DNA of 64,000 bases from Laetmonice hystrix (lineage: Eukaryota): the NCBI GenBank assembly GCA_965235115.1, contig OZ249436.1:64418001-64482000 (forward strand), written 5' to 3'. A program made the position numbers and the translations under genes. The notes beneath the pieces were generated by a model. The model was not told where the DNA came from. It was given only the letters and a program-made list of their open reading frames with translations, and ran no database searches. Shown here piece after piece: positions 25,201 through 40,200 of this stretch. Every line of letters starts with the position of its first letter. The first letter of the stretch is position 1.

Positions 25201-28200
25201 GATTAACACAAAAACACTGAAGCTAATCCAGCAATCATCACCATCTAACTTTGTGTCAGGTCGGCCTCGCGCGTCCACTGCCTTGTGATTGCCACTGCCA
25301 GGAAAACTACTAGAGGCCTAATGAGTGGCCTCATTTTCATTTTCACTTCCACAAATACATCTCTTAATCCACCTTCAAAAAGGGGCCTGCAGCTACGGCT
25401 TTCATCCCTCGGTGTTTTCGCCATGCCTCGTCATATGGCCGTCCTTCAGCACGCCAATGTGCCTCTAATGGACGGCCAAAAGATTCCAAATTCAAGGCGC
25501 CTGCCCGCACCGCCGATTCTTAGAAGATTAAACAGACCAGAATATGGAGATCAACTTCAGTCCGCCTCAGATTCGGCGGCATGACTCGCGCTAAACGTGC
25601 GAACACAGAGACTAAACATGGCCAGCGTTGCTCTCACAAAGACTGCCACATAAAACCGAATCAACTCGGCTGGAAGATAAAAAAAGACAAAGAGGCGGAC
25701 GAAACAGCGTTTCCTGTTTTCAGGCGTTTGAATTTATATATTCTGCATGGAAGTTTACCGTTGAGAGGCCCGATCATGTGAGCAGGCTTTCATCTCTGTA
25801 TCTTCTTCATGCTCATTGTGAGGCAGCGAGCGCGAGCTGGGCGAGGCAGCTTTCTTATGCCAACAACATATCCTCAGCTGCTGGTCCATAGCGTCGGCGC
25901 CATCGGGCCCCTTTCATGTCATCGCAATTTTTTCCCATTTTTATAATCCAAATGTGTCTTTTCAGAGAAACAAAGTGTTGGCTCTCTGTTTGCAAATAGC
26001 GCCTGTGCAGTCGGCTAGATCCTACTGTCAAAGGAGATTGCTTTTCCGTCATAAAAGCTATCGAATCTCCTCCCTGGAATTAGGATGATGAGCTCGACTA
26101 TATTCGCATCATCATCAAATTTGTGTTCACCAAACAAAACGTATGATACTGTAACAAAGTACAAAGTTCGAGTAGAGTATACAGATAGTGAGAGAAGTAA
26201 AGATAACACTTGCCTCATGGTAACCTACCTCCGGTGTCGTCATCATCTCTACCAGGTGTTTCATCTTGTCCTGTTCGTCCTTTACTTTGTCCAGGCGCTC
26301 AATTAACATTGTGGCGAACTTGGAGGGGTCAGTCTCCGCCACATTACGATCTTTAGGCGCACGGTCCGTACGCTGCAAGAAGAATAGGTGTAAATAAGGT
26401 ATAAATTCATATAGAAATCTGGGATCGCACCCCTCTCCCTGCCTTGCAATTATCTCATCATAACAAATAACCAGGGTGGAGATATGACAGACTCTCCACA
26501 GAACCCAGGTTCCTAATGTGATTCTTTTATCTGAAACTCCAACCTTACGATATACCTAAAACATAATCTAACACCTTCTTACACCTGGAGTTGTTGCGAC
26601 ATGTTTTTCCCTAACTGACCACCAAGACGGTCTGGTAAGCGGGTATGGCAGCCTGGCAGCATCATTGTTGATGTCATGCAATCCATTACTTCATCAATCC
26701 CACACAGTTGTATACAGAGTGAAGTAGTATCAATACACCTGCCTTCATAAAGTACACCGCCATGCACTGCACACTGGTTAGACTAGCAAACTTATACTTC
26801 AGTTTTAACACAAATAGAGGTACTCTTCAGGCGTCTCAGTTACCTAAGTGGGGAACCTTTGGCGAAGACTTTAATTTTTAATTTGAAGAGTCCCAGTATT
26901 GTTCATCCTCAGCATTATTTTCTCACTTGTATTTTCCAAAGGTCACAGGAAAAAGTTTAACGAATCGCCAAATTCATTTCAGGATTAGCCACTGATGATA
27001 GAATTGAGCTCATTTTGTTGTCGGACATGTGTTTATATGTTACTAGTGCACCACGTGTATCGTGAACTCAAACACTGGGAGTCCTGGCGTGCAGCCAGGG
27101 GATTGGCTGGCGGGCCGTCAGTGGATGACTGGATACTGCGCTGCCCGCCCCGTCCGAGCTGTCCACCCTGGCTTCACAGCCATAACAACTAATTTCAACA
27201 TCAAGGGTATCAGTGGGAAGGGGCCAGCTAATAGTGCGCTCTCACGTCCCCAGAGTGTTGACCTGACCACTGGATCTGGCACGCTTCATTTCACTCATAA
27301 CTTTTACAATATTTCATTAGGCCAACTGTGTCAGACTTAATCCACCAACTCAGCAGCGATAAGCACATTTTCGCCGGGCACCCATATCCACAGGGCCTAC
27401 TCAATTATAACATCCCATGACCAAAACCTTCATACACATTCCATGTCCTGGCGCATGTAGAGAACAAATGCATGCAGATTACCATCAAAGCCGACAATGC
27501 CCTTCCGTGTCGGCACACTACTCGCGGACAACAATGAGCATATGCAGATGAGGCAACAACTTCAAAGGTGCCGCCGCACTTGGGGCATAAAAGGCCCACT
27601 CATAGCACGCATGAAGTCAGGGGTGCAAGCCTGCACGGCACAATGGTGCTCACTGTACGGGCCCAGATGGCGACAACACCACCACTGCCGCACCTCAATG
27701 CTGCCTTGCAATTATCAGTAAAACACCACCGGCTTCACTCTACTTGGTATTAACACCACTCTGCTCAATTTAGTGTGTATAATGAAAAATTGATCTGACT
27801 GCTGAAAAGTTGCAATTTGTGGGCTGGCAGCTCAGCGGCGGGTAATCTCATCAGGGCTGTCAATGAGTGACAGGCTCGCCATATGGACGGGGGTGGGAGG
27901 GATCCACACTGGGGGCCGATTATAGGCGTGACGAGGATCAACCATTGTCCACCGACCCAATATTCACAAAGTGTGCCGTTCCAAGTGGAGTCTCTCATCC
28001 TTTCACATTATATCGGATCCCTAAGTGAATATTCACCGAAGCAGGGGCAAGAAAAGGAAGAAACCCAAATTCAGAACTTTTAGTACGGAACTCTGCTATC
28101 AACCTACACCATGAAACTTTTTAGACACGCTCACCTCGAACTCAGTCCCGATAATGGTAAAAAAAATAGAGTACTAAACATATACTACTTACCGGAATGA

Positions 28201-31200
28201 AATTGAGTTGGTTGAGTTCAGGACACTTGTTAAGCTGTGCATTGCGATGCATCGCCTTCCGATGCTGTTTCCATTTTTTGCTGCCGAACGGTGGGCCTTC
28301 TCTGCCGTCTCTGTAAGAAGAAGACGTTGTGACACCATGAGATCCTGCCTACTGTATACAGACACCTTCACAAACTGTCACGAGTACCCTCACAACCAAC
28401 CCTTATAGCAATCACCCTGCACCTGTCCTATGTTCAGAAAATAAAACTTGGCTCATGACGGTGGGAGGGTGGGATGGGGGGCTTTGACTCGGGTTCGTTT
28501 AACTATAGTAGGCCTGTACCTAAGGATAAAGGTGGTTACTGGCGAGTTGGGGATGGGGCGGGTGGAGGAGGACATGAGCAGCTCACCAAGCCGAGTATCC
28601 GACCAGATCGTAGTATTAAAGCTGTGAGGCGCCTCCCCGCTCACTGTTCAACCACTAACCAACCAACCACCACCAGCCTCATCCCAACCATTTGGTCCGG
28701 GAGTCATTCGGTCGGTGATCAAAGGCTTCCAGTACCGATGATCACAGGGGCGGGCTCCCGATCACCAGCGGTGGGGATCGAGTTGTGAATTGGCCTCCTC
28801 CTCCTCCTGCCGCCCGTACCCACTGCCGTCCGCGTGTTGACGCAGCCGTACCTCTCATACCGACGGTTATGTCATAGGTTTGTGGTGCCCGCCGCTCACA
28901 GCCGACCCCCGGATCTGAGGATCAAGTGATTTCACCTTGCCTTTCTATAACGAGGCCTTCACTTGTTGTCAGGCTCAGCAATCGACATTACCAGTAGATC
29001 TACTCTGGCCTTGTACGATAGACGTCATTAGGGGCAGTGTTACGTATCATACAAACTGTTTGTTAGGGACAAAATCTAACTAAGGGACTTAAGATGGAGT
29101 TGAGATCACAGGGGATGGAAGGCGGGCATTTCCGAGTCTCTTTGAACTGGTGAAAAGCAAGATAAACAGACAAAACAAATAAACTGCTGCTTCCCCCTTC
29201 TTACGGCGACACGTGATAGGTCTTGTGCTGATCTTACACGAAAAACAGTCGAAGGTGGGCTGAAAAATCGCCTTCAAAATCTACTTGTGGGTTGTTGCCA
29301 ACGCCCTCGACCATGCCCCTTAACATCTGGGGGTGAGTTTGGGGTGGTGATGGCCTTGGGGTATAGAGATGTGGGGTTGGGTGGTGAGTTTGGGGTGAGG
29401 GTTAGTCATCTCTAATTAGCCCTATTGGGCGGTGGTCATCTCTGTAACATTGCCAATCTGAGCGGAGCCGTGCGTGAGGCGGTTCTCTTTGAGGTCTGTG
29501 GGATCGAAGTGGCTCTGGCCGGAGTCAGTGTGGGCGGGGGTAGGGGTTAGGGGGACGGGTGGGCGGCGGCATCCAGCCACAAAGGCTACACTTCTCCCCC
29601 GGATTCTCTCTGATCTTCCCCGCCACAACCCCGACAAACAGAATCTCCTCACTAACCGAATCAGCACGGCCCTTACACTGCCGGTTCATGGGGCCCCGTG
29701 CCCGCTGACTCGGCCCACACACACCCTGACACAGTGTCAACACGCCGCCACTGACCACCCGAGCACGTGTAATTCACCCCCCTCCCCCGCCCACACTCCA
29801 TACGGCTGTAACCGATCTCCCCTAACTCTCCGCCGGTCCTATCTCTCTCACCGTGTACCGGTCTCAACACAACCCCGTACTACTACAGTTCAACATCAAA
29901 GCTTGCTCGTTCTAAGCATTCACTTCTATCTAAGTATCTGTTAAATCATGAAAACACATAAAGCATATCAATGACAAAGGAAATGAAATCTTGCACCAGT
30001 CATTCATGCATATAACATTATTCCTACGTACATTAGCTCATATAAGTAACATCTTTCCGGTGCGTTAACCCCATCAGTTATTAAAAATACAACAACTGAT
30101 ACATGCAAGTATTTCAGATTTTTCAAAACATGGCAATATCGTTATGTACTCCGGTCACTGAAACATCTATTCCAAAACGCTGGGATGTGGATCTGAAAAA
30201 GATTTTAATGAATATTAAAACCAAAGTCATAATTCTGTCACTAGGGCCATTACTCTTCTTCTAAACAAATTATCTGCGGGGCCACCCGCTTTCTTTGCCT
30301 TTGTTACTTGCCACGTCAATACATAAAACATCAATAAACACTGATTGTTACTCTGTGGCGAATTGTAGTTGATCGTCCATTGATGCCGCTTCCTTTGATG
30401 TTGTAATGGATGAGTTCGGGCTGACCCCTAGTGGCAGATCATGACATCAACTTTTGATACTGTCTCTACCTTTTGTAACTTGATCATCAGCCGTCAACTT
30501 TAAGTCCCATGTGTACCACAACACCTGCTCTGAACCCCAGCTAGCTTAAGTGTTTAACCAACATAACACTTTAAATCCATTCCTCAGAGAATATATAGTC
30601 TGTCAGCAAGTGTTTAAGTCTGCCCGTCGGCCTTTTGGTTGCCGTGTCGATTTGAAACAATTTCGGCAGAGCGCTGGCTCGGTCGAGCCTGGTTGGTTCG
30701 ATATAAACCGAACCGCAGCCGACTCCTGACAATCACTTGTCACAGGGGAACTTAGATCTACAGAACACACGATTTCTCTCATTGTTTATCAATCAAAACA
30801 TTCTGAAAACTGAGTGGATATAGAAAGATGATGAGATCTCGTGCAAGCAGACTACCGTCGTCCAATCGGTCTCTGAGGACGGAGTGTGTATTATTGTAGT
30901 GACCAGCTAACAGTGGAAACAAAACCGTCCCGCCACGCCTCGGTGACTCTCCCTGGTCCCCCAACATCCCGACACTCGTCGTTATGCCTGAGTGGTTCAC
31001 CCTCACGACCACCACCACCCGTACACGAGCAGGACTCTAGGGGAGGGTGTGATGACGCAGGAATGCACACACGGGTAGGGGAGGGGTAGGAACACCCCCC
31101 CCCCACCCTCACCTGTCACTCTCCTTTGTACACCTCCCCTTCCATGTCGGGCGACGGGGGAGCGTCTCACAACATGTACAGGTATGTCTCCGTCCTCACA

Positions 31201-34200
31201 ATGCTGGCTGGTTGGAGCTTTGATCTTGGTCATTGTCGGCAACTCGACGCCACCGGGCACAACAGGTGGTACACAAGGCGTGACCCTACAGCTCTACGGT
31301 TTACTTCCCAACCACTGCAACCCCTCGGGCGACCTTCGACTAATCACATTACATATGGATCCATGACCAGTTCTCTCAAATCATCACTCATACACACTCC
31401 TAACAATGTATCTCGTTTAATGTACATTTTTTACCGGTTCCCCCCAACTATTCATGGTGCGCTTCGGCTATATTGGTACTCGCAACAATCCATCTTCAAT
31501 ATTTGCCTCGGTGGAATACACTTTACTGTAATAGTCCTAAGTGACATGTCACATCAAAAAGGCACTTTTCATCAATCATAAAACGTCCCCGAACAAGTAA
31601 AGTTCACAGCATGTGAAATGCGTCCATGATTTGATCTCTATGCTGTTTGCTATGGCTCAGGTCAAGCATGAGAAATATCACCGAGACCCATGGCCATTGA
31701 GATCATATGTGGCATAGCTTTGCGCACATAACCGTGGCTTTTTGAGGTAGTCCCTCCATGCTCGGCGGCCCCTGTCCCCAAAAGCAGCAGGCCCGACCTT
31801 TGACCCACAAACAACATCAAAGGGACCGACACGGCGCAGTTGTCGGCATGTCGGCACGGTCTGCACAAGGAGACTCCGGTACACACACGGGCTCGCTCGG
31901 CCCCCTCTCACTCCCCGCCAGGGTTGTCAATCACCTACCAAACAGTCTCCCTTCAAACTTTACACTGGTAGCAAAATGAATAGGCCCAAACTATCTCTAC
32001 TATCAAAACCAACTCGGCAACCAACTTTTCCACCCATCACCCACATTTTTTGTCTGATCTTCCGATGGCATCATCGCTATTTCCAAGTGAATGTAGCAAT
32101 TGATACAGGTTAATAAGGCGCCTTGAAGATAAAATTTTAGTTTTTTTTCTGCTGGCAGGGTCGGGAAGAACAGTTAAACGGTCACGCCATCACTGGAGGG
32201 CTGGTATGTGTTCTTTCAAGATGCGGCAGTGGGGTGGGTAGGGGACAATTCGAACTATTTAACCCACTGACCTAACCGTGAGCCAAGCCACAACATGTGC
32301 ATACACTGCCTGTTCCACTTTTTCATCTTGTATAACACTCAACGATTTGTCCCTGCTGCCTTTCGTGGAGTCGACACCTAGTCCTTATTAATCTGTGGAT
32401 TCTTCCCTACTGTATAATAGAACAGAAAAAAATTCAATCAAGGAAAATCCAGACAAAGCTCCGAAAGGGTCTCTAAAACCATAACGCTACGTGTCCCTTA
32501 CAAAGTGACGCAGTCTAAAAGCTCCGAAATAACTACCCCACCGATTAGAGGGGACTTCACCGTGCGTTAAGCACAGAACAATACCAGTTTGTGACAGTCT
32601 GCCATTGAGTCATCAGTCTGTACTCAATAGGAAGCAAACCAATTATATTCTCAGAAAATTGCTTCACGACGCCACTTGCAAAAATGGAAAATCAATGGAG
32701 AAGAAATGCCGCAATCTGAAATCACGTGCAACTTTTCCACATAACTATATCCTCATGCATTTTCCCTCCAATTTGCCCATTTATTATTGTTCTTCGGGTA
32801 CTTATTTCACAATCAAAATCACTTGGTAATGGACACTCATTTGATGTTTGGGAAAATAGATTCCTGCTAAATCAAAGGGCTCAATTAAACAGAAGAATTG
32901 TTCAGACACACATAACATCCATCAGCTAGGATTGATGGGAGGTAAAAGCAGCCCAATCGTGGCCGTTTTATTTCACTTTCCACATACGGGACAGATTGAA
33001 AATTCTAGTTGCTGTCCCACACTAATTTCGCCATAACCAGTCCGCACATGCTATACAACGATTGACTTCAAAAGCCATTTGCTCACAAATGGAAAGACGT
33101 TATCATCATTAAACACTCAACGGTACCCGCGGCCTGTAATAATCCACCTAACAGCATTAAACCTGCCCAAGCAAATTAAATCTTGCAACAACTTGACAAA
33201 TATATGGTCTCACAAAATGGGACCTGATAATCGCAATCATGAAACGAGTCTGCGGGGTAAAAAAAAGGCATTACACAGGAGTTTGCAATTGCAATTTTTC
33301 TACCCTTCAATGGAGGCAGCACCGCAGCGATGTAAATAATACTTGTAAGAAAGGTTAACTATTTTTTTGCATGTTTGCCAATAAAAAAAACCCAGCCGTA
33401 CTTATGTGCATGGGACGCCCATGCACTAATGGCAGAGCAACTTGGGTACACAGCACCGACCCACAAAGGCCACGACCAGATGCATTGATGATAACGACAG
33501 ATCAATCAAATACAATTATATAAGCATACAATATTGCAGATTAAAACGATTCACGACTTCAAAGGGATTGAGTGGCGTGGCCATCCTATCAAGGTCAGTG
33601 TTATTACGGGACGACAAAAGGGGGGCTGGGGGTGTAGTACACTTCATTAGTACTGGCTCTGCCCCGTTTCGGCTGTCTCACCCCAGTCCTTGTTTTAGTA
33701 CCGACCCACCGTTGGCTGGCTGTATCCGCACCAACCTCCTCCAGTATACAACAGCGGCCATTGTTTTGCATTTTTGACAACCTTCGCCTCCTCTGGACAT
33801 AAAAAAGGGCCTGCACAACCAAAGTTTATGATGGAACACGCACTTCAAAGCAGCGCGTGAGAAACATCAAAGGCGGTTGCACGAGGCCCGGCATTAGACT
33901 GTCCTACCTGTATCACAGGCGACACGCAACCATTACGGGGCATTTATGTCGGTATCACCACAAACTTCCCTCCCTACTTATTGCCATTAGAAGTAACATT
34001 TTTATTCATATATCAAAGGATGCCCCCAATAGCATACTAAAAGCTCCGGGGTGCACACTGCTGAGAAAATCAATGGCTTCATAGTCATCTCGGAGTACCC
34101 TTACCGTCTCTATACTGTCAGCTCTGACAGGCTACAGTTAAATAGTGTCCGGCAAACCTACTACCCAGCCTGAGCACTCTCTCTCAGTGGATTGTGCTGG

Positions 34201-37200
34201 GGCCAGCTCGAGATGGACACGAGTAGCTGAATCAGCGACCAGGCCATGCTAACTGCCAGCCCAGCATGCTGAGCCGACTTCTAACACAAGGCTAATTGTG
34301 GGAAAACTTTGATGAGATTCATTTATATTTCATGTGCCTTCTGTTTCATGCTCGGCAAACTCTTGTCAATAAGGCCTTGTTAGCGATTCCGTTTCTAGTG
34401 GTATTGGTTAACTGAGTAGCAAGCATTTCAAGCATGGATTCGGGCCACTGTAACAGTTGGCCCCCAGTGTCAGTCGTGAGTCCCTCTCCGGTGAACAGTT
34501 GGTGGCTGTGTATTTCACCGCCGGACCTAAGCGCACAAGGCCCGCTGTACTCTTCGTTACACACGCCATCACGTGCCGTCCCGTGTATATCGCTGAGCTT
34601 ACTTCATCCCTATACTTTCTAGCCTGGCGTTTCCTAGCCATCTCAAAGCCTCGGACCGTCTCGGGTCATTTCTGATCCCCGCCTCACATCCTAATTGGCT
34701 CAGTATATCTATTACCTCCACACAACAAGCTTCTTTTTACCATAAAAGCGCCCGTTCAAATTAAAGGGAAATATTTATCAATATCAAAGAGACTGTCTTA
34801 TACCTAGCTAGAGATAACCAGCTTAGTTCATTTGAAGTTCCCCCAAAGAGGGCTTGTAGTCAGGCAGCTTGGATTGCACCAGCTCGTCTTGAGAGCTCTG
34901 CCATTCGGACACAAAGTATCAGGCACAACAGCGAAGACACACATAAACTTTCACACAGGAGCTACACGCCGCCTGTGCTCTGTGTAAACCCAACACTATA
35001 CTCAACAATTCCCTTTGCGTAACCTGCTTCACATCCATCCACAAACACACACAGAAAGAATAACTTAGCATCATATCCATTACGAAAATTGCATCGATAA
35101 AAGGCATCGAATTAAAATTTCATACTGAGCAGTGGAGATGAAAGACACGGCAAAGACCTATGCTATGACTAGATCACAATTAGCTCGTCGACCCGCCCCT
35201 CTCTGAATACGGAGCCGCCACAGTCTCGGCCCGTCTTCCCACCCACCCTCTTGGGTCTATTGTCTCCTGTCTCCACCCTCACGGGCCGGCTCTCTTTGAT
35301 GCCATAATTTGGTTGTGCCCCTTTTATGCCAGTGCCGTATCCCGTCACCTATTGTGTTTGGCCGCCACCGGAGCCTTTGATCTGACGCCGCGGCCTGGCC
35401 AGATTTATAAAGCCCGGTGTCGGCCTTTTATTTGCTCAGCCCCATATTGATTTGATATCTGTGATTATCAGCTGTGCTTGACCCCAGCAACTCAATGCCT
35501 TATAATGGCAAGATAACTGTAGTGGCTGGCTGACAGCAATGTTGTGAACAAAATGATAGCCCCACCTTACGGGCCCGTTTCCAGCCTTCAAAGCTGGGCT
35601 CTCCGGGCTCTCCTTACCAGCCAAGGCCAACGGGAGCCAACTTTTGTGGCGAGCCCCCCCCCCCCCCCCCCCCACCGTCCGTTACTAGGCAGAGCACCCG
35701 GGAGCCAAACTGTGCACCGTCACCGCCGCCCTGAACTTGTGGGAACCCGGGGCCAGGTGGACGGTTGTGTGGGTAAAAAGTACAGATCCCAACCAAACAC
35801 TCACCGCGCATCAAAGGCGCCGCCGGCCAGCAGCGCCACCAAAAACGTCGCCAGATGGCAGCAGTGGGCGCTTTGATTCGCGCCGCCTGACCCACTTGAG
35901 ATTCCTTCTCCCCTAGCAGCGGCTGACCCACTTGGACAGGGCAAATAGTGGGGCCCCGAGTCGGACCTAGCACCCCCCCCACACACACACACACACAGCA
36001 ACCCCTCGGTCCGGGGCCACCATAGTCATGGCCTCTAGCTTTACAGGTGCCTGCCCGCCAAAGTAAATAACTTGTGAGGAGAGAGTCCCGCTGAATGAAG
36101 TACACGTGTAAACTTCAATTCCTGTTTTCTCCAGACTTGTCTTCTAACACTGTAGTCATAGAAACCAAGCTAACAGGATCTTCTCTTAACCTCAACATTA
36201 AACAAGCAAAGTTCAAACGGCAAATTCTTCACGCGTTACAGAGTGTGGATTAAAGCCAAGAGCCGGTTGAGAGGTCTCACATGAGAGTGCCAACCCAAAC
36301 TTCTGTTCTTTGCTTGCCGCTCTCGTTCTTTGATCACTCCACTCATCTCCGGCAAAGTTTACCTACTTACCTAACCACCGCATAATTATTGTTCCCGTGT
36401 CTCTTCTGCTCCGCCGTCGGACAGAGGTTGAGCATGCGGCTGAACCAAATCTTTAACTGCGTCATGTCGGCGGGCACAGACTGCGGCAGCGGGGCAGGCC
36501 CACACATGTGGAAGGTGTCAATGTTGTCCAAGTAGCCCTGTACTCCATCGAACGAGTGCCACCTTCTCTGCAGGTGGAGTCTGGCTGGGACGAAGGCCAT
36601 TGGGACCACCACGCGGGTCCAGCCACTCATGGGGGCCGGGTGAACCGGTGGATCAGTCCGAACAGCGGGGCCGTCGCACACCAACGGGACCCTGTCGACG
36701 GCTATCTACGGCCAGCCCTGATCATGATTCACTAGATAATAAAAGTTCAGTATCGATCTCCACCGACATCCATCCTCAAGTGCTTTGATCTCAATGTGTC
36801 CTTCCGATCACCGTATCGGCCTCATCCATCATAGTAAACTCCTTGTCTCAAATAAAACTAATATTATATAATTGTAAACTTTGTACTATTCCATCAGCCA
36901 TAATAGGTGGAATCCCGCGTGCGTGGCACGTGCGCGTGACGAGTGGCACGAGGGTCTTGAAATCGGTTGAAATCTTGGAATGCCCGAGTCCCGTACTAGC
37001 AGACTCCGATCACACACATCTATAGTGACAGGTTCACCGTTTCGCATGAATTGTCAGGGCATCATCCTAAGTGTCGAACTTTAAATCCATTGGGTAAATC
37101 CAATCCGTCCCTGAATGGTTTCACCTGTGAGGACACTGAGTACATTGGGAGGGGGTTTGGACGGAGATGGTGTAAGATTATCACTGACTGCTCCGGTAGA

Positions 37201-40200
37201 GTAGTAGTGGCATTGACAGTGTGGCTTGTGACATGTGACTGCGCTCCTCTCCCGCTAGGCTCAGTCAGTCAGGCAGTCAGTCAGCCAGCCTGCCAACCGA
37301 CTTGTGGGTTTCTTCAACCCTCCGCATTCCACTGCACACTACTACGTACAGGGCAGGTGTACCCGGGGCCGGGGGTAAAGGGGGCGGTGGAGCCAGCGCC
37401 AGCGGTTGGGGTGGGGGTAGAATTGGGGGGCGGATGCCATCAAGGGGGGCTACGCGTGTTTGGCGACTCGCCGGGGTATCCTCCCAGTTAGAGCAGGACG
37501 CTGGTGGTCAGCACCCTACCGACGTCACCAGGGTACCCTGGGTTGTTCATCTTCCCCCTCCCCTTTTACTCCTGGACACTGAATACAATGCCATCTTCAT
37601 CTTGTAATCTTGCCTTGTTAGCCACTTTAGGCCACCAACCAACCGGCCCATTACATGAGCCAATAACCCCACAAATAGCCCGTCTCCCTGTTTCTCAACC
37701 CCCTTGTCGGCAGTACATGAAAGCCCGCATTACCCCCGGTGGTCTCCCCAACCCTCCTCCACCCCCCAACCCTTTACCGGCAATGATCAAACGCCACATT
37801 TGCATAAAATTCTCATCCAGTGGGCGAGCCTGGGTCTTATTACTGGCTACAAGATGTACACAATGCCATATAGGGGCAACAACAGGGGTATCCCACATCA
37901 AAGGTGAACCAACTATCACATAGCAGGTGTGAAGGTACCCCAAAAAACAAGACAATAATGCGTTTGCGTGACCCCGACCTGTCAGGTTGTATACAGAAGT
38001 GCCCAGTAGGAGCGCCACCATCGCCCCACCCTGTCATCATCTAATTCCTGCTAAGTTTTCGCCGGCCGTGCGGGATCTCCACCGGATACTTTGATGTCCC
38101 ATTCAATATCCAGCAGACCTATTTCTCCTTTTGAACGGACTGAGTCACTGCGGACGGCTGCACCAAGTACAGCTGCTTTTGAAGTTCATTTTCAGGATCC
38201 GGCAGCAGATGGCGACAACTTTTGTTTTCAGTCTGCGGTTGTTTTAGGAAAGTGCCTAACAAGGGTACTTGAACTCCCAGACTCCCCGCTAACCTACCAC
38301 CATCACCTAACGTATTAAAAACCTCTCTAGGCCGGCGACAGACAGCGCTGTCAGACCGGCCAACTGTTTTTAACATCTTTTGTAATTAGCAGTGCATGGC
38401 CACAATGAGTGTTGTTCAAACAACAAAAGACGGATAACGAGGGTTGGTAATTTCCTGATGACTCTGACTTTGTACGCTGATGTCAATGGCTCAGCTGTTC
38501 CATATGGTGTCGATCTGTCCACCCCTGGCCCCCAAAATTCACAACTGACTGCACCCAGTTTAAACAGTCCTTCCACTACAAAGGTGGTGAGGAATTGCCA
38601 TACTTATTATCCAATCAGGGTTGACAGCCATCAATGGCTTGTTATCGTCCTTCCAACTTCTAGTCGAGCATCTCGGGTCCTGTCTTCGGATGCCTGCTAC
38701 TTAACTGTTTACAAACGGGCTAAATGAGGGCTGTGTTGGGCAACTCTAAGCTAAACAACTACTCACCGCCTTCAAAGCGTGCGGTAATTGTTGGAGCTGG
38801 ACAGAGACCTTTAATTTACAGTTGTGTGTGCCTGATCGGCACGGACAAAGGTAGGCGAAATGTGTGATAGGTGGCCGTGTCGGCTTTCATGCCTGGCCGT
38901 AAGGGTCCGCCTTTTGACATGGATAATGGGCCCATAAGACAACGGCCACTCCTGTGGTGATTGCTCAAGGGAGCAGCCAGTCCGAGATTCACCCTCGGCC
39001 GTTACACTACAAAGGGGCGGCGAGGGCGTCGGCGGCGGCGGAGAGGGGGGCTATTCAGGGCAATGTTAGTCTGTTGAGGCATTCACTACGATCAGGCTCG
39101 GCCATTGTCGGCCTTACTGTCCCGAGATCTAAGGATGATCAATCACTCCCCCCTACACTCCCGATAAAATCGTCCTCACAATAATAGACTTGGAAACTTT
39201 TCTCAGCAGCATGAAAGGCCAAGTGATGACTTATCCTCTCCTCACGGCTCAATGCTCTGCAACCTCTCTATGGTTCAGGGAGTAACCCAACCCCGGGCTC
39301 ATAGAAATCACCTCGGCCAAGTTTTATTTGCTTTTCACTAAGCCACAGTGTTTAACCTCGGCGCTTTTTGTAGCATGTTTCTTTTGATGTTCAACTGAAA
39401 AAACACCCACAGTGGAGGTGTCATCTCAAATGTCACATGCCTGCGCTCAGAGCCTTTCAATATTCAAACCACTGATAGTAGCTTTCCACATTTTCAAAGG
39501 CCCGGGACTCCCACCTAGTGGTGACCTTTTGGGTCGGCGCGGCATGACCTTGACCTGTCTGCCTTTGAGGGGACATGAAGGTGGAGCACTTTGAGGCAGT
39601 GAGGTGCTCTTCAATTGACCACATGTCTGCCCTGTCTTCCCGAGTCTCTGAACCTCAGACTACGACCTTTCACCCCCACCCTCCTTCCAGCCATAGCCTT
39701 ATAATTTAGCTTGGTGACTTACTCCGTGTCTTTAATCTAACCTCTGTAAGTGAACCTGGTTAGTGACAAAGGCTTCAGAGGGGGGAGCGTGTAATAAGTA
39801 AAGCCTACGTCAAAGCCTACAGATACCAGAGTCGGGAGAAGGCTGACAGCCTTCTGGTTATAAGACCCCAACCAAGCGCCACGTTATATCACTGATTAAA
39901 AAACCCTGAGCCTTTAATGGTCTAGAGTCTTTCTTTGTTTCTATCACCCCCATATGGCACTCAGTTGTTGTTTTTATAAGAAGGCAACAGCCCCATGTAC
40001 ATGTTCTGCTCCACCCTTATTGGCTACTTTGGATTTTTGAATGACTCTTAGTTGACCAGGTGTTTGGAAACAACTGACATTGGGCCCGGGGGCAGCCTTT
40101 GATGTGGGCGCCGCCATTGTTGTGCCTGGCTGCAACCACGAGGCCGGACGGGTGTTTTTATGAGAGAGGCTTACCCAACATTATCACCTGTACTTATAAG

